A stretch of 64,000 bases of DNA from a virus, in the IMG/VR virus record IMGVR_UViG_3300045988_126932, positions 23,140 through 87,139 of that record, one strand, 5' to 3'. This document shows, piece by piece, positions 19,589 to 28,211 of the stretch. A model generated the notes under the pieces. It saw nothing but the letters and a program-made list of their open reading frames with translations. It was not told the origin of the DNA and did not search any database. Made by a program: the position numbers and the translations under genes. Within the stretch, counting starts at the first letter, position 1; each line of letters begins with the position of its first letter.

Positions 19589-20062
19589 TTACACCCATGC
19601 TCGAATACTACTATGATTCATCCTGAGATAAAAGTCATATATATATGTACATAATTTTTTCTCATCGTCAAATATCTTGTCAGACATTTGCACCCACCAA
19701 GCATGCAATCTTTTCTTTTCTGTATTCAAAATCAGTACAGGAATATGACGTTCATATGCAATTGCAATCTCCATAGATGTACCAATGCTCTTCGGATCAT
19801 TCGCATTTACCACAACAAGATCACTATTTCTAACAAAATTTGTATCAAATCTCATTACTTCTTTTTCTGTATCATGTAACTCTGTTTGAAAATTGTAATA
19901 ATCAACGGGGTTAATAATGTTGACTTCTTTCATATTAACATTAAGTATTCTACGCATAGCAATAATTTGATTGCAAATTCTTTCTCTCCAAGTATTCTGC
20001 TCTTCAAATGATAAATCCTGCATACCGCCTGCAAGATAAATCTGAAATACATTATTTTGCAT
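19589..20062 (-). CDS. nucleoside 2-deoxyribosyltransferase-like (Rcl/DNPH1-like) protein
   Basis: The N-terminal IYLAGGM motif and DLVVVNANDPKSIGTSMEIAIAYERHIPVL match NDT-family signatures. A strong GGAGGAG RBS is present. Confidence 0.5.
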   Translation of the reverse strand: MQNNVFQIYLAGGMQDLSFEEQNTWRERICNQIIAMRRILNVNMKEVNIINPVDYYNFQTELHDTEKEVMRFDTNFVRNSDLVVVNANDPKSIGTSMEIAIAYERHIPVLILNTEKKRLHAWWVQMSDKIFDDEKKLCTYIYDFYLRMNHSSIRAWV

Positions 20063-20390
20063 TTAATTTCTCCTCCACTTTCTTTGTTAAATAATCCAAA
20101 ATATCTTTATCTGTTTTAAATGCCTGAGTATCTTTCATAATCCTCTCAGCACTTAGAATACATTGATTCATCTTTTTAAAATTATCCACTGTAATATGTG
20201 AGAAGAATCTGGAATCTTCTTCGACAGAGGCAGGATTCTCACCTATCTTTGTATAATGAAATTCTTCACAGATCAGTAGCATATCTTTACTACTTGGAAA
20301 TCCACCCATTCTAAATGAAAAATTAACTACATGTTGAATTACTTTTGGATTACATTTACTCTGCCAAAAATCTCCAATATGTACATCCAT
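20052..20390 (-). CDS. hypothetical protein
   Basis: 112-aa ORF. Confidence 0.4.
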   Translation of the reverse strand: MDVHIGDFWQSKCNPKVIQHVVNFSFRMGGFPSSKDMLLICEEFHYTKIGENPASVEEDSRFFSHITVDNFKKMNQCILSAERIMKDTQAFKTDKDILDYLTKKVEEKLNAK

Positions 20391-20932
20391 TATTTTCTTT
20401 CTCCTTTCATAACATAGGACTCAATCAATCCTTTCTTTAGTCGGTCATTCATATCCTGAATGGCTTCATCGATTGTTTTAAATTTACATGAACAAATATG
20501 CTCTTTGGTCAAATTAACAAATGAATATGTGCCATCTGACTTGTTCCTAAAAATAACAACCACTGATTCTTCTCCATCTGGTTTCTTAACAATAAATCTG
20601 AGCGCACCTTTTTGTGTTTCCTTTTTATTTTCAAGTAAAATAGTATAATTGATTTTTAACCAGCTACCATTTGCCCATACTTGTTTAATTTTTTCTTCAG
20701 CATTTTGAAGTACACAATGTCTATAATCAATACTCTCGATATTATAGACAAGTGATTCAATGGCTTCTTTATCATTTTTTATTGTAATTTGACCATGCGT
20801 TCCATTTCTTCCATCTGCAATCGCATCAATAAATTCTTCTACAGTATATTCTTTATCAAGCACAACATCATATTTAGTATATTTATCGTTATCAGAACGT
20901 GGGCGTTTTATTAATTTAAACATCCCTATCAC
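20390..20932 (-). CDS. hypothetical protein
   Basis: 180-aa ORF overlapping the HigA-like gene by 17 nt. Confidence 0.4.
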   Translation of the reverse strand: MIGMFKLIKRPRSDNDKYTKYDVVLDKEYTVEEFIDAIADGRNGTHGQITIKNDKEAIESLVYNIESIDYRHCVLQNAEEKIKQVWANGSWLKINYTILLENKKETQKGALRFIVKKPDGEESVVVIFRNKSDGTYSFVNLTKEHICSCKFKTIDEAIQDMNDRLKKGLIESYVMKGERK

Positions 20933-21185
20933 CTACTTTCTTATCAAATGTTTCTTGCAAATTTAACCAGAACTGCCCATCATCAGCAAACCCATAATGG
21001 TCTGCCATTGTTTTCGCAAATTCTTTTGTAACACTTTGTGATCCGTCAATCAACCCTTGAACATAATCAACATCCATGCCAATTTTACTCGCAAGCTGAT
21101 AAGGAGTCATCCTGCAAGATTCAACAAATTCTTCTAAGCATTCGCCAGGATGAAAAGCAATTTCGTCTCCAATCTTTACATACAT
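20916..21185 (-). CDS. HigA-like HTH (XRE-family) antitoxin-type DNA-binding protein
   Basis: The motif HPGECLEEF...QLASKIGMDVDYVQGLIDG...FWLNLQETFD is a HigA/VapI-type HTH signature. Confidence 0.6.
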   Translation of the reverse strand: MYVKIGDEIAFHPGECLEEFVESCRMTPYQLASKIGMDVDYVQGLIDGSQSVTKEFAKTMADHYGFADDGQFWLNLQETFDKKVGDRDV

Positions 21186-21187
21186 TT

Positions 21188-22021
21188 TTACACCATTCCT
21201 CTCACAATTCGTTCATTTGTTGTCATCAAGAAGTTATTGATACGATCCCAGTCTGGTTCGTCTGGCAAATCAGTATTCATATAATCATAATCAAATTGAT
21301 AAAGTAATCCTTCAATAAAAACATCGTATGACTGATTTGGGAAATATTCTGTATGCTCATTGTGTTTGCTAAATCTATATGTTTTATGCGTACTATTATA
21401 TCCTTCTTTGATCTTTACAAGATCTTTTCCTATGTCATCCATAGATCCTAACATTGTTCCGTTATGCAATAATTCAATGCCCTGTAACAATAATCGAACT
21501 GCGTGCATCATTGATTTATTAGCGTATCGTTCCGCCTTTTGCTTTTCTTTCTCTGAATCTTTATTTTTATAATACTTAAAACTCGTTCGAGTCAGGCAAT
21601 CACATATATATCCTTTATATGCATGATAAACTCTCTTAGATAAGAACATGTCTCTATTTTTGATCAACTCCATACCAATATCGGATACATACAAATAGCG
21701 GTCTGGTGCAAAGTATAGCAACTCTAAAAATGTAGGATTGCCCTTGGCAAGCATATTGATCATCTTAATATGCGAATGTAACACGGTATCAATGTCTTTA
21801 TGATCATCGGTCTTCTCAAGATTGTTCTGATTATTATTCAACAAAATCTCTCTTTTATCACTAAGAAAAACACCACGTAAATCAATGTCAGAATCCTCTG
21901 TGTTTGTTCCGTAGGCATAACTCCCACCTAACGTGAGAAAAGCGATTTTGTGCGGATAATCTCGCAAAAAGTCATACTCTGTAGACGAGTTTATGTAATC
22001 CTTTACTTCTTCAATTGTCAT
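21188..22021 (-). CDS. nucleotidyltransferase (Pol-beta superfamily) domain protein
   Basis: The GS...DxD motif is present (LTLGGSYAYGTNTEDSDIDLRGVF). The start is set at an ATG after AGAGGTGA, which avoids a 77-nt overlap with the sigma gene. Confidence 0.55.
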   Translation of the reverse strand: MTIEEVKDYINSSTEYDFLRDYPHKIAFLTLGGSYAYGTNTEDSDIDLRGVFLSDKREILLNNNQNNLEKTDDHKDIDTVLHSHIKMINMLAKGNPTFLELLYFAPDRYLYVSDIGMELIKNRDMFLSKRVYHAYKGYICDCLTRTSFKYYKNKDSEKEKQKAERYANKSMMHAVRLLLQGIELLHNGTMLGSMDDIGKDLVKIKEGYNSTHKTYRFSKHNEHTEYFPNQSYDVFIEGLLYQFDYDYMNTDLPDEPDWDRINNFLMTTNERIVRGMV

Positions 22022-22034
22022 GGTCTCACCTCTT

Positions 22035-22568
22035 TTATCCACATAATGCTTTCTTAAACTGTACAATATTTTGACTAACCCACTGATGAGTGATTCCAAG
22101 CTGACTTGCAATTTGTCTTTGTGTTAAACCTTTCTGCTTTAACGTGATAATCTTTTTATTTCTCGGTGCCAATTTATCAAACTCATTTTGAAAATGTACC
22201 TTTGTAAGCACCTCATCCTCTACATTATCTTTACTCATCAGTGTTGTTCCGATTGTAATATCATCTTCTGGTTCGTATCCTGCCAATGGCGTATCTAACG
22301 ATTCAGCATTCCTATTCATTTTTTCTGTTAGTCTGTGCCATTTTGTATAATATTGATTCACTTCTGAACGTAATACCCAGAAGAGATATGTACCAAAAGT
22401 TCCTTTTGACTCATCCCATTTTAATGCTGCCTTGCAGATTGCCATACGACCAAGATCCATATATGTATCAAAATCTTTAAATTTTGTAAAATACTTTTCA
22501 TGTAAATGCCAAATCAAAGAATAATTATCTTCAATCAGCTTTCGCTGTTCATCATTTAGTTTCTCCAC
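22035..22568 (-). CDS. sigma-70 family sigma factor, second paralog
   Basis: Its N-terminus MEKLNDEQRKLIEDNYSLIW parallels 15121..15663, and it has a C-terminal HTH (GLTQRQIASQLGITHQWVSQNI). Confidence 0.6.
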   Translation of the reverse strand: MEKLNDEQRKLIEDNYSLIWHLHEKYFTKFKDFDTYMDLGRMAICKAALKWDESKGTFGTYLFWVLRSEVNQYYTKWHRLTEKMNRNAESLDTPLAGYEPEDDITIGTTLMSKDNVEDEVLTKVHFQNEFDKLAPRNKKIITLKQKGLTQRQIASQLGITHQWVSQNIVQFKKALCG

Positions 22569-23304
22569 ATTTCTTAGCCTCCTGTTCTTTAATAAAGTTG
22601 TTGATTTTTTCTCTATAGTCTAATGCTAAATAATACTTGCGTTGTCTCATTGGCTCCCACCAATTTTTTACATATTTTAAATTTGAAACATTTTTTTCTA
22701 TACGATTACGAATATCATATGTTAATGTTCCTAATGATGTCATTCTGTATAAATCTAATGTAGAATAAACTAATTGTAAATCAGGGAGATCTGGAGTATT
22801 AAAAAAACGATAGAGCCTACTACTGTTTTTATACTCAAGGACTGATTGATCATAAATTTCATTTGCAATATTAGTCATTATCTTGTGAATTCTTTGCAAA
22901 TCTACACGCACCCACTCAGAAACCATTTCTTTTGTTTGATTGTAATATGTTTTATCTAAATATGTGCTGTTCGAATACAGTTTATATACTTCACAATCAT
23001 TAGAAATATCTATTTGTGTATTATCGATATGAAACTTTGTGCCATCCTTTAATTTTATTTCTTTGCAAGATAATATCATTGGAGACACTTCTCTCAACTC
23101 TTCAATTTTTACATAATCTTTATTTTTGCAAGAAGAAAATTGAGTGCTTACAACGTACTCCTTATAATCAAAGTCGAACAACATACGATCTATCTCTTTA
23201 TTGCTTACAATAGAAGTAATTTTTGTTGATTCATCTCCGATACAAGCCCCTGTAGCAATGTCAAACTTTCGATTTTTATATAGTTCTACGTTAATGCCCT
23301 TCAC
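22552..23304 (-). CDS. hypothetical protein
   Basis: 250-aa ORF. Confidence 0.4.
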   Translation of the reverse strand: MKGINVELYKNRKFDIATGACIGDESTKITSIVSNKEIDRMLFDFDYKEYVVSTQFSSCKNKDYVKIEELREVSPMILSCKEIKLKDGTKFHIDNTQIDISNDCEVYKLYSNSTYLDKTYYNQTKEMVSEWVRVDLQRIHKIMTNIANEIYDQSVLEYKNSSRLYRFFNTPDLPDLQLVYSTLDLYRMTSLGTLTYDIRNRIEKNVSNLKYVKNWWEPMRQRKYYLALDYREKINNFIKEQEAKKCGETK

Positions 23305-23311
23305 CGTTATC

Positions 23312-24265
23312 TCACACTCCTAATACATATTTCTTACTCCTGAACCCAGCTGCATTTGGATGACCGCCACCACCATATTCCACAGCAAGCTCATACACAT
23401 TTACTTTATCCTGTTCTGCGGATCGTAACTGATATTCCCACATACTTCCATTGAATGAAAAACCGATGAACATATCATATTTAGAAGCATCAATAGATTC
23501 AAAGAAATCAGAATTGATTAACGCTCTGTTGATTGCATAAACTTTATGTCCTTCAAATGTAGTTTCAAAACCATATGCTCTAAGGTACTGTTTTGCTTCT
23601 GCTGCTAAATACTCAATAATTGATAAGCCATCTGTTATCATATCACCAATAATTTTTGCTGCTTCATAAATTCCTTGATCTTCATTTAACGTGTTTAGCA
23701 ATGGACTTAACGCATCAAAATCATACGATTCAAATGCATAGTGAAATGCTTTTATGAATTGTTTTGACGTTGCACCAAAATAAAATGTATCCCACATGGC
23801 TGTATATTCTGCCAGTTTTGGATAATCTTCTTTATATTTATATATATTGAGTAATCTTTTTACATTTTTCTCGTCCGTCCTCTCAATTTGCTCCCAATCT
23901 TCGTCACACATATATTTAAAATATAACCATGTCAAATTCGCTCCTGAGATACCTGCTCCAGTGATCCGAATACCTTTTACATCGCACTTAAAATCTTTAT
24001 ACGTTTCAATCGTAGATTGATGATGGTCGATCCAGAATACATTCTTTGTGATACTAAGCAACTGCCACATTTCTTCTGGCTCAATACTGTAGTCTACAAT
24101 AAATACAAATTCATCCTGTTCAATGTCATGAAACGGGAATTTCATACCGTAATTAATTTTTCGGAAGTCCTCTGGTTCAAATGCTAAACCTCGCTGTTCA
24201 CAAGCTTTTCTGACGTAGAATCCAGACACGATTCCGTCTTGATCAACATGATAAAAACACTTCAT
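23312..24265 (-). CDS. DHH/DHHA1 phosphoesterase, NrnA-like (nanoRNase / pAp phosphatase family)
   Basis: DHH motifs are present: YHVDQDGIVSG, IVDYS and WIDHHQS. There is a GGGH motif near the C-terminus (GGGGHPNAAG). At 317 aa the size fits NrnA. Confidence 0.6.
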   Translation of the reverse strand: MKCFYHVDQDGIVSGFYVRKACEQRGLAFEPEDFRKINYGMKFPFHDIEQDEFVFIVDYSIEPEEMWQLLSITKNVFWIDHHQSTIETYKDFKCDVKGIRITGAGISGANLTWLYFKYMCDEDWEQIERTDEKNVKRLLNIYKYKEDYPKLAEYTAMWDTFYFGATSKQFIKAFHYAFESYDFDALSPLLNTLNEDQGIYEAAKIIGDMITDGLSIIEYLAAEAKQYLRAYGFETTFEGHKVYAINRALINSDFFESIDASKYDMFIGFSFNGSMWEYQLRSAEQDKVNVYELAVEYGGGGHPNAAGFRSKKYVLGV

Positions 24266-24549
24266 TATTTTTCCTCCTTTATCTGCTCACCTTTATTAAT
24301 TGACTCAACATATATTTCCCAGTCATCTGCATATACATCTTCCGCAAGAGGTATCCAAACTTCTGCGTTTTCTTTATCAAATAAAAAAATAATTGAATCT
24401 GGCTTATATTCACCCATATCATTACACTCAAAATAAACATTAGTTAATTCTGACGAATAAATTTTCAAATACTTTTCCTTTCCCCAAATGCCTCTTCTTA
24501 TAGTCGTTTTGTCTTTTTTTATTGCAGTCATTGCTTTTATAAAATTCAA
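24265..24549 (-). CDS. DUF2829-like small phage protein
   Basis: The N-terminus MNFIKAMTAIKKDKTTIRRGIWG fits the DUF2829 pattern. Confidence 0.4.
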   Translation of the reverse strand: MNFIKAMTAIKKDKTTIRRGIWGKEKYLKIYSSELTNVYFECNDMGEYKPDSIIFLFDKENAEVWIPLAEDVYADDWEIYVESINKGEQIKEEK

Positions 24550-24557
24550 TTAATTAC

Positions 24558-24869
24558 TCACCTCTTCCTTTTACTGTTAAAATCCCATCCTTGCTCAACC
24601 CAATCATTTGCGAAAATATCCTCTTGTGTAGGCAACCATCCCAATGTTATAACTCCATTTTGGTCTCTACATAAGAGTGGTTTCATTTTATATTTTTTAT
24701 CAAATGGAATAATCTCATTTAATTCTTCTTCGCACATCATAAACACATAATCATAAGTTGTTCGTGTCTTCTTCCACGAACTACGACGATACAATTGTCT
24801 TGGATTAATTTCCATATTTTGCATCATCATTTCAAACGACATTCCTTGTTTCTTTTTTGCCATTGGCAT
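24558..24869 (-). CDS. hypothetical protein
   Basis: 103-aa ORF. Confidence 0.4.
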   Translation of the reverse strand: MPMAKKKQGMSFEMMMQNMEINPRQLYRRSSWKKTRTTYDYVFMMCEEELNEIIPFDKKYKMKPLLCRDQNGVITLGWLPTQEDIFANDWVEQGWDFNSKRKR

Positions 24870-25174
24870 TATTTCTCCTTTACAATCTTAACTTTATAAC
24901 CAAGTTCCTTTTCAATTTCTGCAACCGTCATTTCTTTTGGCGGTGATAAACTCATATTTAAACTATCAATATCAGATTCCATATTCCAAACGCTTCTGTA
25001 GATCAATCGTCCCGTCAAAATACAAATTGCTTTCTTAACTTCGTCTGCCGTCGGTGGATAATGATCTAATGATGAAATAATATGTTTGTAATTTTCTTCA
25101 TTCAATAAAACACGTTTAGAATCGAGGGATGTATTCTCTTCTTCCCGTGATTCAATATATAAGAAGTTGTTCAT
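24869..25174 (-). CDS. hypothetical protein
   Basis: 101-aa ORF. Its ATG overlaps the TAA of an upstream small ORF (TAATG). Confidence 0.4.
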   Translation of the reverse strand: MNNFLYIESREEENTSLDSKRVLLNEENYKHIISSLDHYPPTADEVKKAICILTGRLIYRSVWNMESDIDSLNMSLSPPKEMTVAEIEKELGYKVKIVKEK

Positions 25175-25341
25175 TATATCTCTCCTTTCTCAATTTCTTC
25201 TTTAATAATTCTATATGCAAGAGCCTCATCAGACTCTTTGTCATTAATCCCATTTCTTTCTAACAGCCTGTCCAATTCACTGGGACTCAGCCGATCAAAG
25301 AATCGTTTTATTTCCTGTTTACGTTGCTGTCTTGATTTCAT
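25174..25341 (-). CDS. small hypothetical protein (55 aa)
   Basis: Manual translation gives MKSRQQRKQEIKRFFDRLSPSELDRLLERNG..., ending in a TAATG overlap with the next gene. It is not in the track because it is under 60 aa. Confidence 0.3.
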   Translation of the reverse strand: MKSRQQRKQEIKRFFDRLSPSELDRLLERNGINDKESDEALAYRIIKEEIEKGEI

Positions 25342-25614
25342 TTTTTTGTTTAAATTCCTTTAGTTCTGTTATTTGTTATAGTTACCAAACATTACATGAA
25401 ACATAGAAAAATACCATATAGTTTTGTACCTATGTTATTTTTAATAGTTGTCAAACCCCCAAATAACATAAATCCGACAAAATAACATAGATTTTAGTGA
25501 GTGCTATAACAAATCTCACTTTTGACGTACTCAAAAACTATTTGAGCAGAATATTTTTATATTCCCAAAACACACCAAATATTTTAAAATTTTTATTTTG
25601 TTTCTTAGCCATAT
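25342..25614. repeat. noncoding region rich in ATAACA/TGTTAT repeats, including the direct repeat AAATAACATA x2
   Basis: At least seven copies of ATAACA or TGTTAT lie within about 250 bp between two minus-strand genes. Confidence 0.5.
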
Positions 25615-25800
25615 CTACTTCACTACCTTACCATCTGGCATTATAAATTCCCAATACCCATCACTATTTTCAACTTCTTTTGGTTCTTCTTTATATATTT
25701 TCTCCATTAACTTCCGACCTCGCTCAATATCTTCTTTTGTCCAATTTTCTACTTCGTCAATCAAACCTTGCAAAAACTTCAATGATTCTTGTTTACTCAT
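25615..25800 (-). CDS. hypothetical small protein
   Basis: 61-aa ORF. Confidence 0.35.
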   Translation of the reverse strand: MSKQESLKFLQGLIDEVENWTKEDIERGRKLMEKIYKEEPKEVENSDGYWEFIMPDGKVVK

Positions 25801-25805
25801 GAGTC

Positions 25806-26087
25806 TTATTCCTCACATTTTCTACCATATAGTAAGAATCCAATATCTCGTATTCTACCTATCTTACGATCATCCTTGTTTTCAAAAAATTCTAAAGAGT
25901 AAATATCACGATTAGAGGTATTTACTGGTTTGTCAAATTTAACGGTCATATATCTATACCCATATCTGCGACCAATCTCATCTGTTCCGATGCGAGTAAT
26001 TGTACCTTTGTCGTTATTTCTAACCAAACCTCCTTTAGCCGCTGGCTTCATTCTATAAATATAAACTCTATCTCCGACCTTTAGCAT
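25806..26087 (-). CDS. hypothetical protein
   Basis: 93-aa ORF. Confidence 0.4.
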   Translation of the reverse strand: MLKVGDRVYIYRMKPAAKGGLVRNNDKGTITRIGTDEIGRRYGYRYMTVKFDKPVNTSNRDIYSLEFFENKDDRKIGRIRDIGFLLYGRKCEE

Positions 26088-26408
26088 TTACTTACCTTTC
26101 ATTTCTTCATAAAGCTCTCTAAATTTTCTAAAATCATCTGCACTGCCACCATTATCTGGATGACTTTTCTTCATTGCATACTTCACTGCGTCCTTAACAT
26201 CTGAACGAGTTTCTTCCTTATTATATGTATCATGTTCTTTGTTGTTAGCATCAGCCATAAACGACATCTTATCTAAGATCAGATTTACATTTGTCTGCCT
26301 CAGGCGATCCATCTTTCTTTCATGTCTTAGAAATACGATCGCCCCAACGATACAAAACCCAATGGCATAGCCAATGGCAAACTCAATATTGACTTCCATG
26401 TTAATCAT
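26088..26408 (-). CDS. membrane-anchored J-domain-like protein
   Basis: An N-terminal TM helix (IGYAIGFCIVGAIVFL) is followed by a C-terminal HPD motif (AMKKSHPDNGGSADDFRKFRELYEEM). Confidence 0.45.
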   Translation of the reverse strand: MINMEVNIEFAIGYAIGFCIVGAIVFLRHERKMDRLRQTNVNLILDKMSFMADANNKEHDTYNKEETRSDVKDAVKYAMKKSHPDNGGSADDFRKFRELYEEMKGK

Positions 26409-26628
26409 CCTCCCTTTACATAAAACTCAGATTTTACGTTCTATATCTTTTTTCGCAACCACATTTTTTACAACGATAAACCTTTTGCCTACCTTTAGTT
26501 GTAATAATGTCGTACCATTTACCATAAGATTCTTCTTCGTAGCGGGTATCAAATATTAACTCCCAATCATGCTTACAAAAACAAGATCTTATATACCAAA
26601 TTAATCTTCTCATTTAATACCTTGCACC

Positions 26629-26937
26629 TCATTTTTTACTCAATAAGTCTTTCACAATTTCTTTATCTTCATCTTTAACCTTTTTTGATTTTGTTGTTGC
26701 CATAAACTCTAACCACTCTTTTCTCATTTTCTTTTCGTCATCATTTAGGTGTTCGATAACAATTAATTGCTTAGAATTAAGTTTGTCGTAACTAGAAATA
26801 TAGTTATTCCATCCGTCTATCCAAAACAACTTGTTTGAGATAACTAATGCATATCCCATCAATGTTTCTCCATTTACCATTCTTGATCTAAAACACAGAT
26901 TTCCATTTTCAATGGGATTATTTCTCATATCTTTCAT
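26629..26937 (-). CDS. hypothetical protein
   Basis: 102-aa ORF. Confidence 0.4.
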   Translation of the reverse strand: MKDMRNNPIENGNLCFRSRMVNGETLMGYALVISNKLFWIDGWNNYISSYDKLNSKQLIVIEHLNDDEKKMRKEWLEFMATTKSKKVKDEDKEIVKDLLSKK

Positions 26938-27116
26938 TTTTCATCACCCTCTTCTGGTCTTAACATAATGCCAAGACCTGTGCACATACCCGTAAGTTTC
27001 TTATCCATTGCCTTAATTCTTTTGTAATTGTAATAGGTCATATATGGTACTCCAATTCCAATTGCTACGATTACCATAAACGCCAATACCCAAATTATGT
27101 AAAACAAAACGTCCAT
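26934..27116 (-). CDS. small membrane protein
   Basis: A hydrophobic segment IIWVLAFMVIVAIGIGV is present. Confidence 0.35.
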   Translation of the reverse strand: MDVLFYIIWVLAFMVIVAIGIGVPYMTYYNYKRIKAMDKKLTGMCTGLGIMLRPEEGDEK

Positions 27117-27143
27117 TTTATCTTTCTCCTTTTCTATCTACTA

Positions 27144-27464
27144 CTATCGCCTGAAATCGAACCACCATACTGTGTAAAAATTCTTTTGAAAATATGTATC
27201 GTCTCCATCATCAAGCTCTTCAAAATATTTTCTGCCTCGTTCCTTAACATCGTCTTCATTGAAATAACTATATGCCCATGCAGGAATTGTGTAAGATTCC
27301 TTATCTTCTAAGCAGAGATTTAACAAATCTTTGATCATCATCTGCAATTCTTCTTCATCATATCCCTGCGTCATTACATCAAAATATGGGATATATGCCA
27401 TATATGGAACTGAGTCATTTTCATCTTTCAGAACTACGACAGGGAATGTTAGATTATAATTCAT
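27144..27464 (-). CDS. hypothetical protein
   Basis: 106-aa ORF. Confidence 0.4.
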   Translation of the reverse strand: MNYNLTFPVVVLKDENDSVPYMAYIPYFDVMTQGYDEEELQMMIKDLLNLCLEDKESYTIPAWAYSYFNEDDVKERGRKYFEELDDGDDTYFQKNFYTVWWFDFRR

Positions 27465-27468
27465 GTTT

Positions 27469-27690
27469 TTAATCCTCTTTTTTACTGGGCTTCTTATGTT
27501 TCTTTTTGTATGGTGTACAATAATCGGATGAGACCCATCGCCAACAATTTTTTCTATAAATTAAGAAATCTGCATAATGTTCGAATTCGTAACCTTTCGT
27601 ATATTTATCTGAGCATACCCCATACACTTTGTATGGCTTACCTTTGTATAAAACTTTCATACTATTCATCCACCTCACAATCAACATCAA
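27469..27690 (-). CDS. hypothetical protein
   Basis: 73-aa basic protein. Confidence 0.35.
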   Translation of the reverse strand: MMLIVRWMNSMKVLYKGKPYKVYGVCSDKYTKGYEFEHYADFLIYRKNCWRWVSSDYCTPYKKKHKKPSKKED

Positions 27691-28195
27691 ATAGATATTT
27701 TATGATGCGTTTTGCTCCAACCTTGTTGGCGGCATCCTCAGCGATTTCTTTAGAAGAAAAATATACCTCATTTAGGCGTCTAAGTTGTACGGCAGGGATT
27801 TTTGCCAAATCATCCTCAGTCACATCATATCCAATATAATAATGAAAATTCGCTCCATCCCATTCTTCTTGATCAGGATCATTATGTTCATCAGCATATA
27901 TTTGCAATTCAACCCTAACCTTCTGCTTTTCAATAGCAAACTCTGTATCCTTTTCAGTCTTAAATACATTACCTAAAGCTAATCTTCTAAAATCTGATGC
28001 TCTACCTTGCCATTTTGCCATACAGATATGCCCATCATCAGTGATGAAATAATACGTATCCCCATTCTTTAAACCACATGAATTAGCTTTTTCTTCTTTT
28101 TCTGATCTTTCACAAAATTGCTCAAATAATGATTTGAATAAATTCTGTTGTGCTTCAGATAATTTTGAAATATCAATTGTCTTTTCTGTACCCAT
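27662..28195 (-). CDS. hypothetical protein, tandem paralog A
   Basis: It shares TIDISxLxEAxQxLxKxLF, LGNVFKT and RIIKY motifs with 28212..28724. Confidence 0.45.
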   Translation of the reverse strand: MGTEKTIDISKLSEAQQNLFKSLFEQFCERSEKEEKANSCGLKNGDTYYFITDDGHICMAKWQGRASDFRRLALGNVFKTEKDTEFAIEKQKVRVELQIYADEHNDPDQEEWDGANFHYYIGYDVTEDDLAKIPAVQLRRLNEVYFSSKEIAEDAANKVGAKRIIKYLFDVDCEVDE

Positions 28196-28211
28196 TTTCT
28201 TTCACCTCACT

